From Candidatus Chazhemtobacterium aquaticus (lineage in GTDB: Bacteria > Patescibacteriota > Microgenomatia > UBA1400 > Chazhemtobacteraceae), in the NCBI RefSeq assembly GCF_009936135.1, contig NZ_CP047901.1:408984-472983 (forward strand): 64,000 nucleotides of DNA. Reading direction: 5' to 3'. Positions 29,023 to 38,945 of this stretch are shown here, piece by piece. Numbering within the stretch: the first letter of the stretch is position 1; the number at the start of each line of letters is the position of its first letter. A program made the position numbers and the translations under genes. Under the pieces are notes generated by a model. The model saw only the letters and a program-made list of their open reading frames with translations, had not been told where the DNA came from and searched no databases.

Positions 29023-30630
29023 TTAAAACTCATACTTACTAATTCTGACTCTAGCCAACCAATACGATACGCCCACCATCAGTGTCCCCATACCCACACC
29101 TGCCATTATTGTCAGATAATCAAGGTTACCGTTTTCTAGTGCCTTGTTGGCTGTAAAGACAGACCAGGCGATAATGATAAGAGAGACACCAAGAGCCATC
29201 AGTCCCGACATGCTCGTACTCACCTTATCTGGTTGATCCGCCAATTTAAACAATGGTGAAATCATTCCCCACAGGTTTAACAACAGCACTAAGCTAATTA
29301 CCAAAACTCCCGTAAAAGCAAACATCCACAACAGTCTTGTCATCTCAAACGGCATAATCAGCCACACCAAACTTGATATTAAAACCAGCGGCAAACCAAG
29401 TATCAAAGCCGCCTTCAGTTTGTCTCCAATAATATTCCCTCTTCCCATCCCTATACTCATCAGCCACCAACTCACCTTTCCTTCTCTGGCCATCAGTGGG
29501 AATACCACCCTTAAGCCAAAAGCCGTTACGAAAAAAAGCAACCATCCAAGAGCAGCCACCATAATCTCTACCTCAAACTTTCTTGACCAATAGCTACCCT
29601 TAGTTGCCTGGCCCAGTAACACAAAGAATGCTACCGCCATTCCCATCAACAACACTCCATAACCCCACTCAGTCGGAGTTCGCAACACTCCGATAATATC
29701 TTTCTTTACCAGACCACCACTCTTTAACAAATTAAAGCCATATCTTTTCTCTCTATCTTCTCTTTCTTGGCTTAACTGCCACAACCTTCTCATCGTCTCC
29801 TTCTCTATTAACCAAGCTATTATCATCATTAACATCGACACTGCCAACACCCACCAGTTTTGGGCAAAATCAAAGAGCATAGAAGCCATCCATGAACTTG
29901 GCCACCACTCAGACAGTAATGGTAGGGCAGTATAAATATTCATAAACTGCTCTATTTCACTTGAGTAAAGTGTTTTTAATTGCCCAGGAAAAATTACTTT
30001 CAATATTAACCAGGTACTTACTCCAAAAAAACCCAATACGCCAATCACACTCACACCACCCCGTATCCTTACCCACCATCTGCCTGTGGCATAAACCAAC
30101 CCGCTTCCGACAGCTGTCACCATCATTGCCATCACCAGTCCAACTAGTAACACTCTACCAACTAGGGTCGCATTTACTCCCCAATCAAAAGCCATAAAGT
30201 AAGCCAACATCAGTGGAAGCAAGCCGACTAGCACCAACACCCAGTTCATCAACACTGTTTTTACCATTCCCCAGAAAGCCAGCACTCCTTTTTTGATAGG
30301 TAAAACAAGCAAGTACTCCATCTCGGCATTTTTATTTGCCATCCTGGTCAAATTGCTTGTCACCGCACTACCAAGACCCAACCAAGCGATTACCAGCAGC
30401 CCTGCTTTAATTAAATAAAGGGCGGTTAGCTCTCCATAGTTTTCATACTGGGCCAGGTTGCTCATGTACCCCCATGACCACAGCCAGATAAATCCGGCTA
30501 CCAACACTGCCAATCCAGCAAACCCAACCAGTACCACTAGCTTAGTTAGCAGTTGTTCTCTAAACCAACCCTTAACCTGTTTTGCTTCGTTAAAAGCAAT
30601 TAGTTTAATCTGATTTAAAGCCTCACTCAT
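29023..30630 (-). CDS. ABC-transporter permease-like polytopic membrane protein (535 aa)
   Basis: About 12 TM helices. Translationally coupled (overlapping stop and start) to the upstream ABC ATPase. Confidence 0.55.
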   Translation of the reverse strand: MSEALNQIKLIAFNEAKQVKGWFREQLLTKLVVLVGFAGLAVLVAGFIWLWSWGYMSNLAQYENYGELTALYLIKAGLLVIAWLGLGSAVTSNLTRMANKNAEMEYLLVLPIKKGVLAFWGMVKTVLMNWVLVLVGLLPLMLAYFMAFDWGVNATLVGRVLLVGLVMAMMVTAVGSGLVYATGRWWVRIRGGVSVIGVLGFFGVSTWLILKVIFPGQLKTLYSSEIEQFMNIYTALPLLSEWWPSSWMASMLFDFAQNWWVLAVSMLMMIIAWLIEKETMRRLWQLSQEREDREKRYGFNLLKSGGLVKKDIIGVLRTPTEWGYGVLLMGMAVAFFVLLGQATKGSYWSRKFEVEIMVAALGWLLFFVTAFGLRVVFPLMAREGKVSWWLMSIGMGRGNIIGDKLKAALILGLPLVLISSLVWLIMPFEMTRLLWMFAFTGVLVISLVLLLNLWGMISPLFKLADQPDKVSTSMSGLMALGVSLIIIAWSVFTANKALENGNLDYLTIMAGVGMGTLMVGVSYWLARVRISKYEF

Positions 30631-31364
30631 AGAGCTTTTTCGTAAACCTTTTCAATTTTGATTTTGTTACTCAGTTTTTCCTCTGCCACTATCTTTCCCT
30701 CACTCATCACTCCCACCCTGTTGGCATACTTGCTGGCAAAGTCGAGTGTGTGAGTGGCAAACAGCACCGCCCCACCATCCTTAGCAAACTTGACCAATCT
30801 CTCTCCAAACACCCTTATACTCACCGGATCAAGTCCCACAATCGGCTCATCGATTATTAATAGTTTAGGCTCGCCAAGCAGAGCTGCTAGAAAGGCAGTT
30901 TTCTGCAAGTTACCTCTTGAGTATCCATCCATTCTTCCTTCTAGAATTTTCTCAATATCAAACAATTTCATCAGTTGTTCTACTCTCACTCTTACTTCAG
31001 CTTCCCGCATTCCCTTAAGTCTTCCGGTCAAGTAAAGCAGCTCCTTGCCGCTCAAATATCCATAACCCTCCGGCTTATCTGGTACATAACCGATTAACCT
31101 TTTTGCCCCTATCGCCTCACCCTTGATTTGATTACCCAGTATCGATATCTCTCCCTTATCTATCCTAAGCAGTCCCACAATCATCTTCATCAAAGTCGTC
31201 TTACCTGATCCATTAGGTCCAATCAAAGCATAAATATCCCCGGCTCCAATCTTCATCTCTACTGCCCTTACAGCCGCGGTCCTGCCGTAGTTTTTTGATA
31301 CTCCCTTAATCTCTAAAATTATTTCTTTTTCTTTCATACCTACCACTATATCAACAACCTCCAA
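30627..31364 (-). CDS. ABC transporter ATP-binding protein
   Basis: Walker A 'GPNGSGKTTL', ABC signature 'YSRGNLQK' region, Walker B 'LLIIDEP'. Confidence 0.85.
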   Translation of the reverse strand: MEVVDIVVGMKEKEIILEIKGVSKNYGRTAAVRAVEMKIGAGDIYALIGPNGSGKTTLMKMIVGLLRIDKGEISILGNQIKGEAIGAKRLIGYVPDKPEGYGYLSGKELLYLTGRLKGMREAEVRVRVEQLMKLFDIEKILEGRMDGYSRGNLQKTAFLAALLGEPKLLIIDEPIVGLDPVSIRVFGERLVKFAKDGGAVLFATHTLDFASKYANRVGVMSEGKIVAEEKLSNKIKIEKVYEKAL

Positions 31365-31367
31365 CCA

Positions 31368-31631
31368 TCATATCTTTCTGCTCCTAAGCAAAAACAAATA
31401 CCCCTTTTCCAGAGCCAGTAAGCCAGTCACGATCAGGATTAACTTGCTGTTAAGCTCGTGTATCATCCGCCAGTTCTGATATCCGGTTATCTCCAGCCAT
31501 TTCTTATCTCCCCCTATTGCCTCGCCAGAGATGTACTGCAGTCCTAGTATCAGTACCAACATCAACCAGTGGTTCTTAACCGACCACATCACCATTTTTG
31601 TTATCATTGCTTTAATCTTTTCCCTTTCCAT
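31368..31631 (-). CDS. Small membrane protein, first gene of the ABC operon
   Basis: 87 aa, one to two TM helices, 3 nt upstream of the ATPase gene. Confidence 0.4.
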   Translation of the reverse strand: MEREKIKAMITKMVMWSVKNHWLMLVLILGLQYISGEAIGGDKKWLEITGYQNWRMIHELNSKLILIVTGLLALEKGYLFLLRSRKI

Positions 31632-31685
31632 ATCTTTATCCTAACTTACTTGACACCCCTCTACAATCTGCTAACTTAGATATAT

Positions 31686-32288
31686 ATGATCCAAGTTCTT
31701 CCCACCCTAAAATATTCCTACTCTGATCTTGAGCCTTACATTGACGCCAGGACCATGGAGCTTCACTACACTAAGCATCATCAAGGGTACATCGACAAAC
31801 TAAATGCCGCTCTTGAGGGTACTAAGTACGCTGACCAACCCTTAGAGCAATTGTTCACCAAACTAGACTCATTGCCCGACTCACTTGCCTTAGCCGTTAG
31901 GAATCATGGTGGAGGGCATCTCAACCATTCTCTTTTTTGGTCAATTCTTACTCCCAACAAGCAGGAGCAATTACCCAACTTGCTTTCCTCAGCTATCAAC
32001 TCGACCTTTACCGACCTTGACACCTTCAAGCAACAATTCACCCAAGCCGCCGCATCTCACTTTGGTTCCGGCTGGGCCTGGCTTGTTAAGGACAACGATC
32101 GTCTAAAAGTTATTACCACTCCCAATCAAGACTCTCCCCTCATTCAAGGACTGACCCCGATCTTAGGTCTAGACCTCTGGGAACATGCCTACTATCTTAA
32201 ATACCAGAATCGTCGGGTTGAGTACATCGATGCTTTTTGGAATATTGTTGACTGGTCTCAAGTTGAGCAGAATTTAAATAATGCTTAA
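31686..32288 (+). CDS. Fe/Mn superoxide dismutase
   Basis: 'LPTLKYSYSDLEPYIDARTMELHYTKHH' and 'DLWEHAYYL' metal ligands. Confidence 0.9.
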   Translation: MIQVLPTLKYSYSDLEPYIDARTMELHYTKHHQGYIDKLNAALEGTKYADQPLEQLFTKLDSLPDSLALAVRNHGGGHLNHSLFWSILTPNKQEQLPNLLSSAINSTFTDLDTFKQQFTQAAASHFGSGWAWLVKDNDRLKVITTPNQDSPLIQGLTPILGLDLWEHAYYLKYQNRRVEYIDAFWNIVDWSQVEQNLNNA

Positions 32289-32682
32289 AAAAGCAATATC
32301 TCCAGTTATTGCCTCACTACTTTTATCCGCTTGTTCATTAAATCCCATCTCAGAGCTTACCCCCACCCCTACCAGCACCATCTCTCCCTCGCTAGATCAG
32401 GAAGCCACTCCCTTTAAAGAGCCAGAAAACTCCACTCAAGCCTACACCATGGAAGAAGTTGTCACTCATGACTCCGCCGACAGTTGTTGGTTAGTTATTC
32501 AAGGACAAGTCTATGACGTCACTTCTTTTGTCTCCAATCACCCCGGCGGGGAAGCCATCCTCGAGGGTTGTGGTCAGGATGCCACTGTATTGTTTAATAC
32601 TCGCCCTATGGGTTCAGGCACTCCTCACTCAGATGGTGCCCGGATCACTCTTGAAACCTACCTTATCGGCACGCTTGAATAA
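32281..32682 (+). CDS. Cytochrome b5-like heme-binding domain lipoprotein
   Basis: Lipobox 'LLLSAC'. 'HDSADSCWLVIQGQVYDVTSFVSNHPGG' is the cyt-b5 'HPGG' heme-binding signature. Confidence 0.7.
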   Translation: MLKKAISPVIASLLLSACSLNPISELTPTPTSTISPSLDQEATPFKEPENSTQAYTMEEVVTHDSADSCWLVIQGQVYDVTSFVSNHPGGEAILEGCGQDATVLFNTRPMGSGTPHSDGARITLETYLIGTLE

Positions 32683-32757
32683 CAGGTCATAAACCCAATT
32701 TCACATCAACCGGACCGGTTCTTCCAAAAACCAAGCCTCTGGGGGTATACTCAACCC

Positions 32758-33984
32758 ATGGCCAGCAAAAACAAACCCACCGTCGTCGTCATCATCCCCA
32801 CCTACAATGAAGCCGACACCATCGGCGACATGATCACCCATCTTTTCACCAAGACCTTCCCTACCATCAAGGACTACCAGATGCACCTGCTTGTCGTTGA
32901 TGACACCTCTCCTGATGGCACCTACAAGATTGTTAAGAGTCATCAAAAGAAATACCAAAATCTTCACCTGCTGACCAATCCCAAAAAAGCCGGCATCGGT
33001 TATGCCTACATCGTTGGTTTCAAGCACGCCATGACCAAACTCAAGGCCGACTTTGTTTTTGAGTTTGATGGCGACTTCCAGCACCCACCCAAGATGATCC
33101 CCCAGATGCTTGAGCAAGCCACTCAGGGTTTCGACGTTGTCATTGGTAGTCGCAAAATCAAAGGCGGCAGCAACCCCAAAGGTTGGGGTTTCAAACGCGT
33201 CATGTTTTCAGAGCTTGGTGGTTTAGTCGCCCGCTTCATTCTCTTCTTCCCGGGTAAAAATTTCTTAAAAGTTACCGATCCCACCACTGGGCTTAGGTTG
33301 ACCCGAGTCAAAGGTTTTCTTGATCAGGTTGATTTTGATCACTTCTACAGCCTTGAGTTTTCCTACAAACTCCAACTTCTCTACCAGCTAATCAGCCTTA
33401 ACCCTAAGTTTAAAGAGTTACCTCTTCAGTTTGGACTGCGTGAAAAAGGGGAGAGCAAGATCAAAGGTAGCACTTTAGTAGATAGCTTAAGAACTGCTCT
33501 TCTTACCCGTATCAACGATCCTGCTACCAAAAAATTCTTGAAATTTGCCGTTGTCGGTTTCACCGGCTTTGTCGTCAACTCTTTAGGGTTAGAGTTTTTT
33601 AGAAGAAGCGGTCTGGCTGACTCTCTCTCTGCCTCCTTTACTGCTTATACTTCTACCCCAGGATTAAGTTTGCTTGCCAATCCCAACTCCTGGTCAGGTG
33701 GCTTGGGTGCTGAGCTTGCCATCATCAGCAACTTTATATTAAACAACTTCTGGACTTTCTCCTCAGACCGCATCACCAATCCCTTCAAGTTTCTCTACAA
33801 GTTTCTCCAGTTTAATCTGACCTCCTTTGGTGCCGTCATCATCCAGTTTATAGCCATCGGCCTGGCCACTCTCGCCTTTGGTGACACCACCCTGGTTCGC
33901 CAGCTTGCTTTAGTCCTCTCCATCGGCTTTTTAATCCTTCCTTACAACTGGCTCATGTACAATTTAGTCATCTGGAGGAAATAA
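32758..33984 (+). CDS. GT2 glycosyltransferase (Dpm1/polyprenyl-phosphate sugar synthase-like) fused to a C-terminal GtrA-like membrane domain
   Basis: 'VVVIIPTYNEADTI', 'LLVVDDTSPDGT', 'DGDFQHPP' (DxD region), then a four-TM GtrA-like tail. Confidence 0.8.
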   Translation: MASKNKPTVVVIIPTYNEADTIGDMITHLFTKTFPTIKDYQMHLLVVDDTSPDGTYKIVKSHQKKYQNLHLLTNPKKAGIGYAYIVGFKHAMTKLKADFVFEFDGDFQHPPKMIPQMLEQATQGFDVVIGSRKIKGGSNPKGWGFKRVMFSELGGLVARFILFFPGKNFLKVTDPTTGLRLTRVKGFLDQVDFDHFYSLEFSYKLQLLYQLISLNPKFKELPLQFGLREKGESKIKGSTLVDSLRTALLTRINDPATKKFLKFAVVGFTGFVVNSLGLEFFRRSGLADSLSASFTAYTSTPGLSLLANPNSWSGGLGAELAIISNFILNNFWTFSSDRITNPFKFLYKFLQFNLTSFGAVIIQFIAIGLATLAFGDTTLVRQLALVLSIGFLILPYNWLMYNLVIWRK

Positions 33985-34241
33985 TGGCTACTAAAGCAAA
34001 AACCACCACCACCGAGGAGTTTAAAGTTTCTGGCGATCAGCTGCTTAAAAAAGTCAAAGACCTGATCCATCAAGGTAATATTCGCCGTATCACCATTAAG
34101 GATCAGCAGGGCAAAACCATCCTCATCATCCCTCTAAGCATCGGTGTTATCGGCGCAGTCCTTGCTCCCCCTCTGGCTGCCATTGGTGCCGTTGCCGCCC
34201 TCATAACCGAGTGCACCATTACCGTCGAGCGGGAAAAATAG
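33984..34241 (+). CDS. DUF4342-family small protein
   Basis: 'EEFKVSGDQLLKKVKDLIHQGNIRRITIKDQQGKTILIIPLSIGVIGAVLAPPLAAIGAVAAL' matches DUF4342 as remembered. Confidence 0.5.
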   Translation: MATKAKTTTTEEFKVSGDQLLKKVKDLIHQGNIRRITIKDQQGKTILIIPLSIGVIGAVLAPPLAAIGAVAALITECTITVEREK

Positions 34242-34247
34242 CTTTTC

Positions 34248-34952
34248 ATGATTCGCTTAAATAAATATCTCTCCCAGCAAGGGCTTGCCTCCCGTCGCCA
34301 AGCCGATACCCTTATCTCCCAAGGCAAAGTTCTGGTCAATGACCAGCCTGCCAAACTAGGTACCACCGTTGATCCCGACAAAGACACGGTTAAATTCTTA
34401 GGCAAAGTCGTTGTCTCAAACAAACCGGAACTCGAGACCTATCTTGTCTACAAGCCTCTAGGTTACGTCTCTACCACCAGCGATCCCCAAGGCCGACCCA
34501 CCGTCACCTCTTTAGTCAAAAGCTCTACTCGCCTTTATCCCATCGGTCGTCTCGATCAGGACTCAGAAGGTTTGATTCTACTCACCAATGATGGCGATCT
34601 TGGCTTTAAACTTACTCATCCCAAGCACCAAATCCCCAAAACATATCATGCCCTAGTTACCGGCAACGTTACCCCCACCAAATTAAACCGCCTTCGCCGT
34701 GGCGTCATGCTTAAAGATGGCCGCACTGCTCCTGCCCAGATCGAGGTCATCAGGCCTCAAGGCAACAAAAGCTTGCTCTCCATCACCATCTTCGAGGGCA
34801 GAAATCGGCAGATTCGTCGCATGTTCTCTACTCAGAAGCTAGAAGTTGAGAAATTAAAACGAGTTGCCATTGGTGAACTTGAGCTTGGTGACCTCAAGCC
34901 GGGAGATTCAAAAAAGCTTGACACCAAAGACTTGTCTAGTTTGCTACACTAG
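34248..34952 (+). CDS. Pseudouridine synthase, RsuA/RluB family (S4 domain + catalytic domain)
   Basis: S4-like 'IRLNKYLSQQGLASRRQADTLI'. Catalytic 'YPIGRLDQDSEGLILLTNDG' with the conserved Asp. Confidence 0.85.
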   Translation: MIRLNKYLSQQGLASRRQADTLISQGKVLVNDQPAKLGTTVDPDKDTVKFLGKVVVSNKPELETYLVYKPLGYVSTTSDPQGRPTVTSLVKSSTRLYPIGRLDQDSEGLILLTNDGDLGFKLTHPKHQIPKTYHALVTGNVTPTKLNRLRRGVMLKDGRTAPAQIEVIRPQGNKSLLSITIFEGRNRQIRRMFSTQKLEVEKLKRVAIGELELGDLKPGDSKKLDTKDLSSLLH

Positions 34953-34981
34953 ATCAAGAACACCAATTAGCTGCTCTGTTA

Positions 34982-35659
34982 ATGAATACACTCTTTGTTT
35001 CTTTGTTACTCTCCTTTCTTGTGTTTACCTCTCCCTCCGTTATTTTTGCTGCAAGTGATAACGCTCAACAGCAAGGTAATACCAACACCATTCAGGTTCA
35101 AAACCAAGGCGAAGATCAGCAACTTGAGGTGGCCAACCAACAACAACAGCAGGAGCCTAACGATGCCACCACCGGTGGGCGCAAATCAGATGTTAGTATT
35201 GCCAACCGAGGAGCCACCGCCAGCGAGCATTTAAGTATTGTCGCCCAGCAAGTCGACAACCTTCTATCTTTTCCTGACCGTCGTGGCGGTATTGGTGATC
35301 AAGTCAGAGTCATTGCCCAGGAACAAGAGCAGATTCAAGAGCGGGTTCGCGAAAGCCTAGAACAACTCGAAAATCGCCCCCGGTTTATGGTCAAGCTATT
35401 CGGTCCCAACTACAAGGCTATCAATCGGCTTCAAGCCACCATTGAACAAAATGAGCAGTTGGTCGAAGAGCTCCTCATTCTTCAGGAAAACGCTCTTTAC
35501 CCAGCTGAAAAAGAGGACTTGAGCTCAGCCATCACCGCTCTTGAGCAACAAAATACCCTTCTTTTCCAGCAGATCCAGCTTTCCTCTGGTGACAACGGTT
35601 TCCTTGGTTGGGTTTTCCGCTTCTTCTCTCAATCTGCTCCTACTTACAGCAGCATTTAA
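34982..35659 (+). CDS. Secreted Q/E-rich coiled-coil protein
   Basis: Signal peptide 'MNTLFVSLLLSFLVFTSPSVIFA'; Gln-rich, predicted helical. Confidence 0.5.
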   Translation: MNTLFVSLLLSFLVFTSPSVIFAASDNAQQQGNTNTIQVQNQGEDQQLEVANQQQQQEPNDATTGGRKSDVSIANRGATASEHLSIVAQQVDNLLSFPDRRGGIGDQVRVIAQEQEQIQERVRESLEQLENRPRFMVKLFGPNYKAINRLQATIEQNEQLVEELLILQENALYPAEKEDLSSAITALEQQNTLLFQQIQLSSGDNGFLGWVFRFFSQSAPTYSSI

Positions 35660-35677
35660 CATTTATATCCTCACCTC

Positions 35678-36145
35678 GTGAACAAACCTCTTCGCTTAAT
35701 TATTTCCCTTGGTACACCCTTGTTAGTCGGTTTTGTTGGTAGCTACTTCACAACTCCCAATATCCCCACCTGGTACGCAACCTTGACCAAACCAGCCCTT
35801 AATCCGCCCAGTTGGGTCTTTGCTCCTGTCTGGACCGCTCTCTATCTACTCATGGGCTATGCCTTCTACCTCATCTGGACTCAAAAAACCAAGCTTAACA
35901 AAACCCATGCATACGTTCTTTTCTTCATCCAACTTTTCCTAAATTTAATCTGGTCCTATCTCTTCTTTGCTCTTCGTCTTCCCCCTCTGGCTTTAGTTGA
36001 GATCATCATTCTTTGGTTAGCCATTTTACTAACCATCATTAAGTTTAAAGCCATCAACAAGCTAGCCGCCTACCTTCTCATCCCCTATATCCTCTGGGTT
36101 AGCTTCGCCACCTATCTTACCTTTCAGGTTGTTTTGCTTAATTAA
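35678..36145 (+). CDS. TspO/MBR family tryptophan-rich sensory protein
   Basis: Five TM helices; 'PSWVFAPVWTALYLLMGYAFYLIW' is the characteristic W-rich motif. Confidence 0.75.
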   Translation: MNKPLRLIISLGTPLLVGFVGSYFTTPNIPTWYATLTKPALNPPSWVFAPVWTALYLLMGYAFYLIWTQKTKLNKTHAYVLFFIQLFLNLIWSYLFFALRLPPLALVEIIILWLAILLTIIKFKAINKLAAYLLIPYILWVSFATYLTFQVVLLN

Positions 36146-36525
36146 ATCGAGACTATTGTTACCTCGACGCGTTTGCACTGATCACACAATCGAAGTTTAT
36201 GATGATAAATATTGAGCCAATTCGCTCGCTTTCCATCCTATATTCCGCACTAAATTACAACGGATATGACAAAGAAAACAACCCAAAGGGTATGCACCCA
36301 CTTCGTGTCTGGGTTAGAAAAGAATTAAGTTTGAAAAAAACAGACAGGTTTAATTTTGAGTGACATCCATATCAGTACACTAAAGCAGTCTTAACAACCG
36401 ATAACCTAGTTCCTACTCAGTCAACTAACAAAAATTTTCTGCCAGCAATTGACTATCTAAACAAGTTCGCTCAAGAATCTGGCTTTGACGAAATCTGGCC
36501 ACGAGTTGAAAGTGAGACCAATGAA

Positions 36526-37020
36526 GTGCTGGATCAATACAGGCCATTAATAAAGGAAACCATCAAAAAAGTTGATGATTGTTTTGATATGGACAAAGAA
36601 GCCAAAACAATGTGGTTTTCTGTGAATTTACTCGAGTCATTTTTAAGAGGTTTCTCTATTCAAACCAAAGACAAGACTGTTATTATTACTGGACCATCAG
36701 ACAAACCCAATATCAGCAACTTAATCCACGAATACATTCATACATATCTTCACAACCAAAGTTTTAATAATCAGATTGACGACCAAATCTACAGCCAGAT
36801 TCCCAAAGATGTGCAAAATAACTACCCCAGGGAAATCATTACAGAAGAATGCTTAGTTCGAGCCATTGAGGTCTTCCTAAGCAAACACGGCAACATATCA
36901 GGACAAATCGAATTAGATAATCAGGCCAAATCTCTATTATTCCTCGAAATATACTTAAATAAACTAGAAGATATTAAACCTAAAAAAATCTCAATCAATG
37001 TATTGCAACAAGTCTTGTAA
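36526..37020 (+). CDS. Hypothetical protein with HExxH zinc-peptidase motif ('LIHEYIHTYLH'); AT-rich
   Basis: The ORF is open from a stop at 36361 but has no ATG before a GTG at 36526. Composition differs from its neighbours. Confidence 0.4.
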   Translation: MLDQYRPLIKETIKKVDDCFDMDKEAKTMWFSVNLLESFLRGFSIQTKDKTVIITGPSDKPNISNLIHEYIHTYLHNQSFNNQIDDQIYSQIPKDVQNNYPREIITEECLVRAIEVFLSKHGNISGQIELDNQAKSLLFLEIYLNKLEDIKPKKISINVLQQVL

Positions 37021-37034
37021 CCCACTTTATATCA

Positions 37035-38186
37035 CTAAAGATACTGCCCCCAGTTATCTATCGCCATTGTGTTGTTAAGCATAAAGTTCCAGCTGTATAG
37101 CAGTATCGGAATTACCAGTAGTAGCAGTATTACCTTAAACTCTTTTTTCCGCATCTCCTCCTCCCAGCCAATCAAAACTAGAGGAAAGATGGGCAGAATA
37201 TACCGGGCAATATCCCGGTGAGCCACCAACAAGGTTGAGACAAAAAAGACGCCACTAAAAACAGCCAGTTCTTTCAAGTTTTTCTTCCACAGCTTCATTA
37301 CTCCCAGTCCATAGATTAGCCAGATAAAGATGATTTCCTCCAGCCAGAACTCACCCGTCCACACCTGTCCCTTGGGGGCAAAGATGCTAAATGGAGGCAG
37401 GAACAAATGGAAATTATCACCGCTATTAAAGTAAGCCCAGAAGTCACCGGTTTGTAGATAGTAAAAGTAAAACAGTCCCAGCGCTGCTAGAGGCATTAGC
37501 AGTAGGGGATAGGCACTCAAAATTTTCCTCATCTCCACCTTTTTTCTTGTCCACATCTCAATTAGGAAATACAAACCATAACCTACAAACAGCAATATCC
37601 CTGGCGACTTAGTCAACTGAGCCAAGGCTCCAAACAAACCTGCCAACCAATACTTCTTCTCCCTAAAGTAAACCAAAGACATTAGGATAAAAGCGATAAA
37701 CCAGGGTTCAGGACTACCCACCGCTTTCACCACTACCCATCTGGCCGGCAGTAGCAAGAACACTACACCCAACCAACCCATGTTTTTAATCCCTACCGAC
37801 TTCATTAACTTAAAGAAAGCCAGAGTAGCCAGAACACTTCCAAGCAAGGTTGCCACCAGCATTGCCCAGGTTCCTGGCATTACCAAATCAAACACCGACA
37901 CGATGGCAGGATACAGCGGCAAGTGAGCTGGATAATACTCAAGCGGTAAAGGATTGGAAAAATTATTTCTAATATACTCCCCGTCATACCAACTCCTGGC
38001 AATAATTAGGTAGTTAGTTCCGTCAAAATTGGCAAACACCGTCTCCATACCAGAAGAAAAATCAAAACCCCAACCAGGCAAACTCTCAATCCTTAACCAA
38101 AATGGCAACCACAACAGCAAAGTTGATACGATGGTAAGTACTACCACCATCCATCTGCTCGAGTATCCTTTAACTATTGACCTCAT
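37035..38186 (-). CDS. Polytopic membrane protein, GT-C-fold glycosyltransferase-like
   Basis: Ten to eleven TM helices; periplasmic-loop aromatic-rich motif 'DGTNYLIIARSWYDGEY'. Start taken at the internal Met to avoid a 49-nt divergent overlap. Confidence 0.45.
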   Translation of the reverse strand: MRSIVKGYSSRWMVVVLTIVSTLLLWLPFWLRIESLPGWGFDFSSGMETVFANFDGTNYLIIARSWYDGEYIRNNFSNPLPLEYYPAHLPLYPAIVSVFDLVMPGTWAMLVATLLGSVLATLAFFKLMKSVGIKNMGWLGVVFLLLPARWVVVKAVGSPEPWFIAFILMSLVYFREKKYWLAGLFGALAQLTKSPGILLFVGYGLYFLIEMWTRKKVEMRKILSAYPLLLMPLAALGLFYFYYLQTGDFWAYFNSGDNFHLFLPPFSIFAPKGQVWTGEFWLEEIIFIWLIYGLGVMKLWKKNLKELAVFSGVFFVSTLLVAHRDIARYILPIFPLVLIGWEEEMRKKEFKVILLLLVIPILLYSWNFMLNNTMAIDNWGQYL

Positions 38187-38224
38187 TATTTCTAATCTTA
38201 CCTCATTTGCTATACTAACAACCA

Positions 38225-38935
38225 ATGCCAGCTGTAAACAAAGTTCCCGAGCTATCTCTCTTTCTTCCTGCATATAACGAGGCCGATAACATCAAGAAAA
38301 CCGTTCTTGATGCCGACAAGGTTCTAAAAAAAGTTGCCCGCAAATACGAGATCCTCGTTATAGACGACGGCTCCAAAGACAACACCGGTGCCATTGTTAA
38401 ATCCTTAATCAAGAAGAATAAAAACGTTCGTCTCATTACCCACAAACCTAACCGAGGCTATGGCGGTGCTTTTAAATCAGGTCTTTACGGCGCCCGCTAC
38501 CAGTTAGTTTCCTTCATAGACTCCGATGGTCAGTTTGACTACTCGGAAGTAACCAAGTTTATACCCCTCCTTAAGGACAACGACCTAGTCATTGGTTACC
38601 GTATCAAACGCCAGGATAACTTCTTTAGAGTTCTTAACGCCAATCTCTGGAAGCTTTGGATGTGGTTGCTCTTTGGTCTCTGGGTCAAGGACATTGACTG
38701 CGCCTTCAAGGTCATCAAGAAGCCGGTCATCGACAGTATTACCTTAACCACTGAGTCAGCCCTCACCTCAGCCGAGTTTCTCATTCGGGTTCGCCAAGCT
38801 GGTTACAAGTTAGCCGAGGTTGGTGTCCACCACTATCCCCGTACCGCTGGTGAGCAAACCGGCGCCAACCCCAAAGTCATTCTCAAAGCCTTTGCTCAGT
38901 CTCTGCGCCTCTGGTACCACATGAACTTAAGCTAG
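38225..38935 (+). CDS. GT2 glycosyltransferase (Dpm1/GtrB-like)
   Basis: 'LSLFLPAYNEADNI', 'ILVIDDGSKDNT', 'DSDGQF' (DxD). Confidence 0.8.
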   Translation: MPAVNKVPELSLFLPAYNEADNIKKTVLDADKVLKKVARKYEILVIDDGSKDNTGAIVKSLIKKNKNVRLITHKPNRGYGGAFKSGLYGARYQLVSFIDSDGQFDYSEVTKFIPLLKDNDLVIGYRIKRQDNFFRVLNANLWKLWMWLLFGLWVKDIDCAFKVIKKPVIDSITLTTESALTSAEFLIRVRQAGYKLAEVGVHHYPRTAGEQTGANPKVILKAFAQSLRLWYHMNLS

Positions 38936-38945
38936 TTTATACGAC

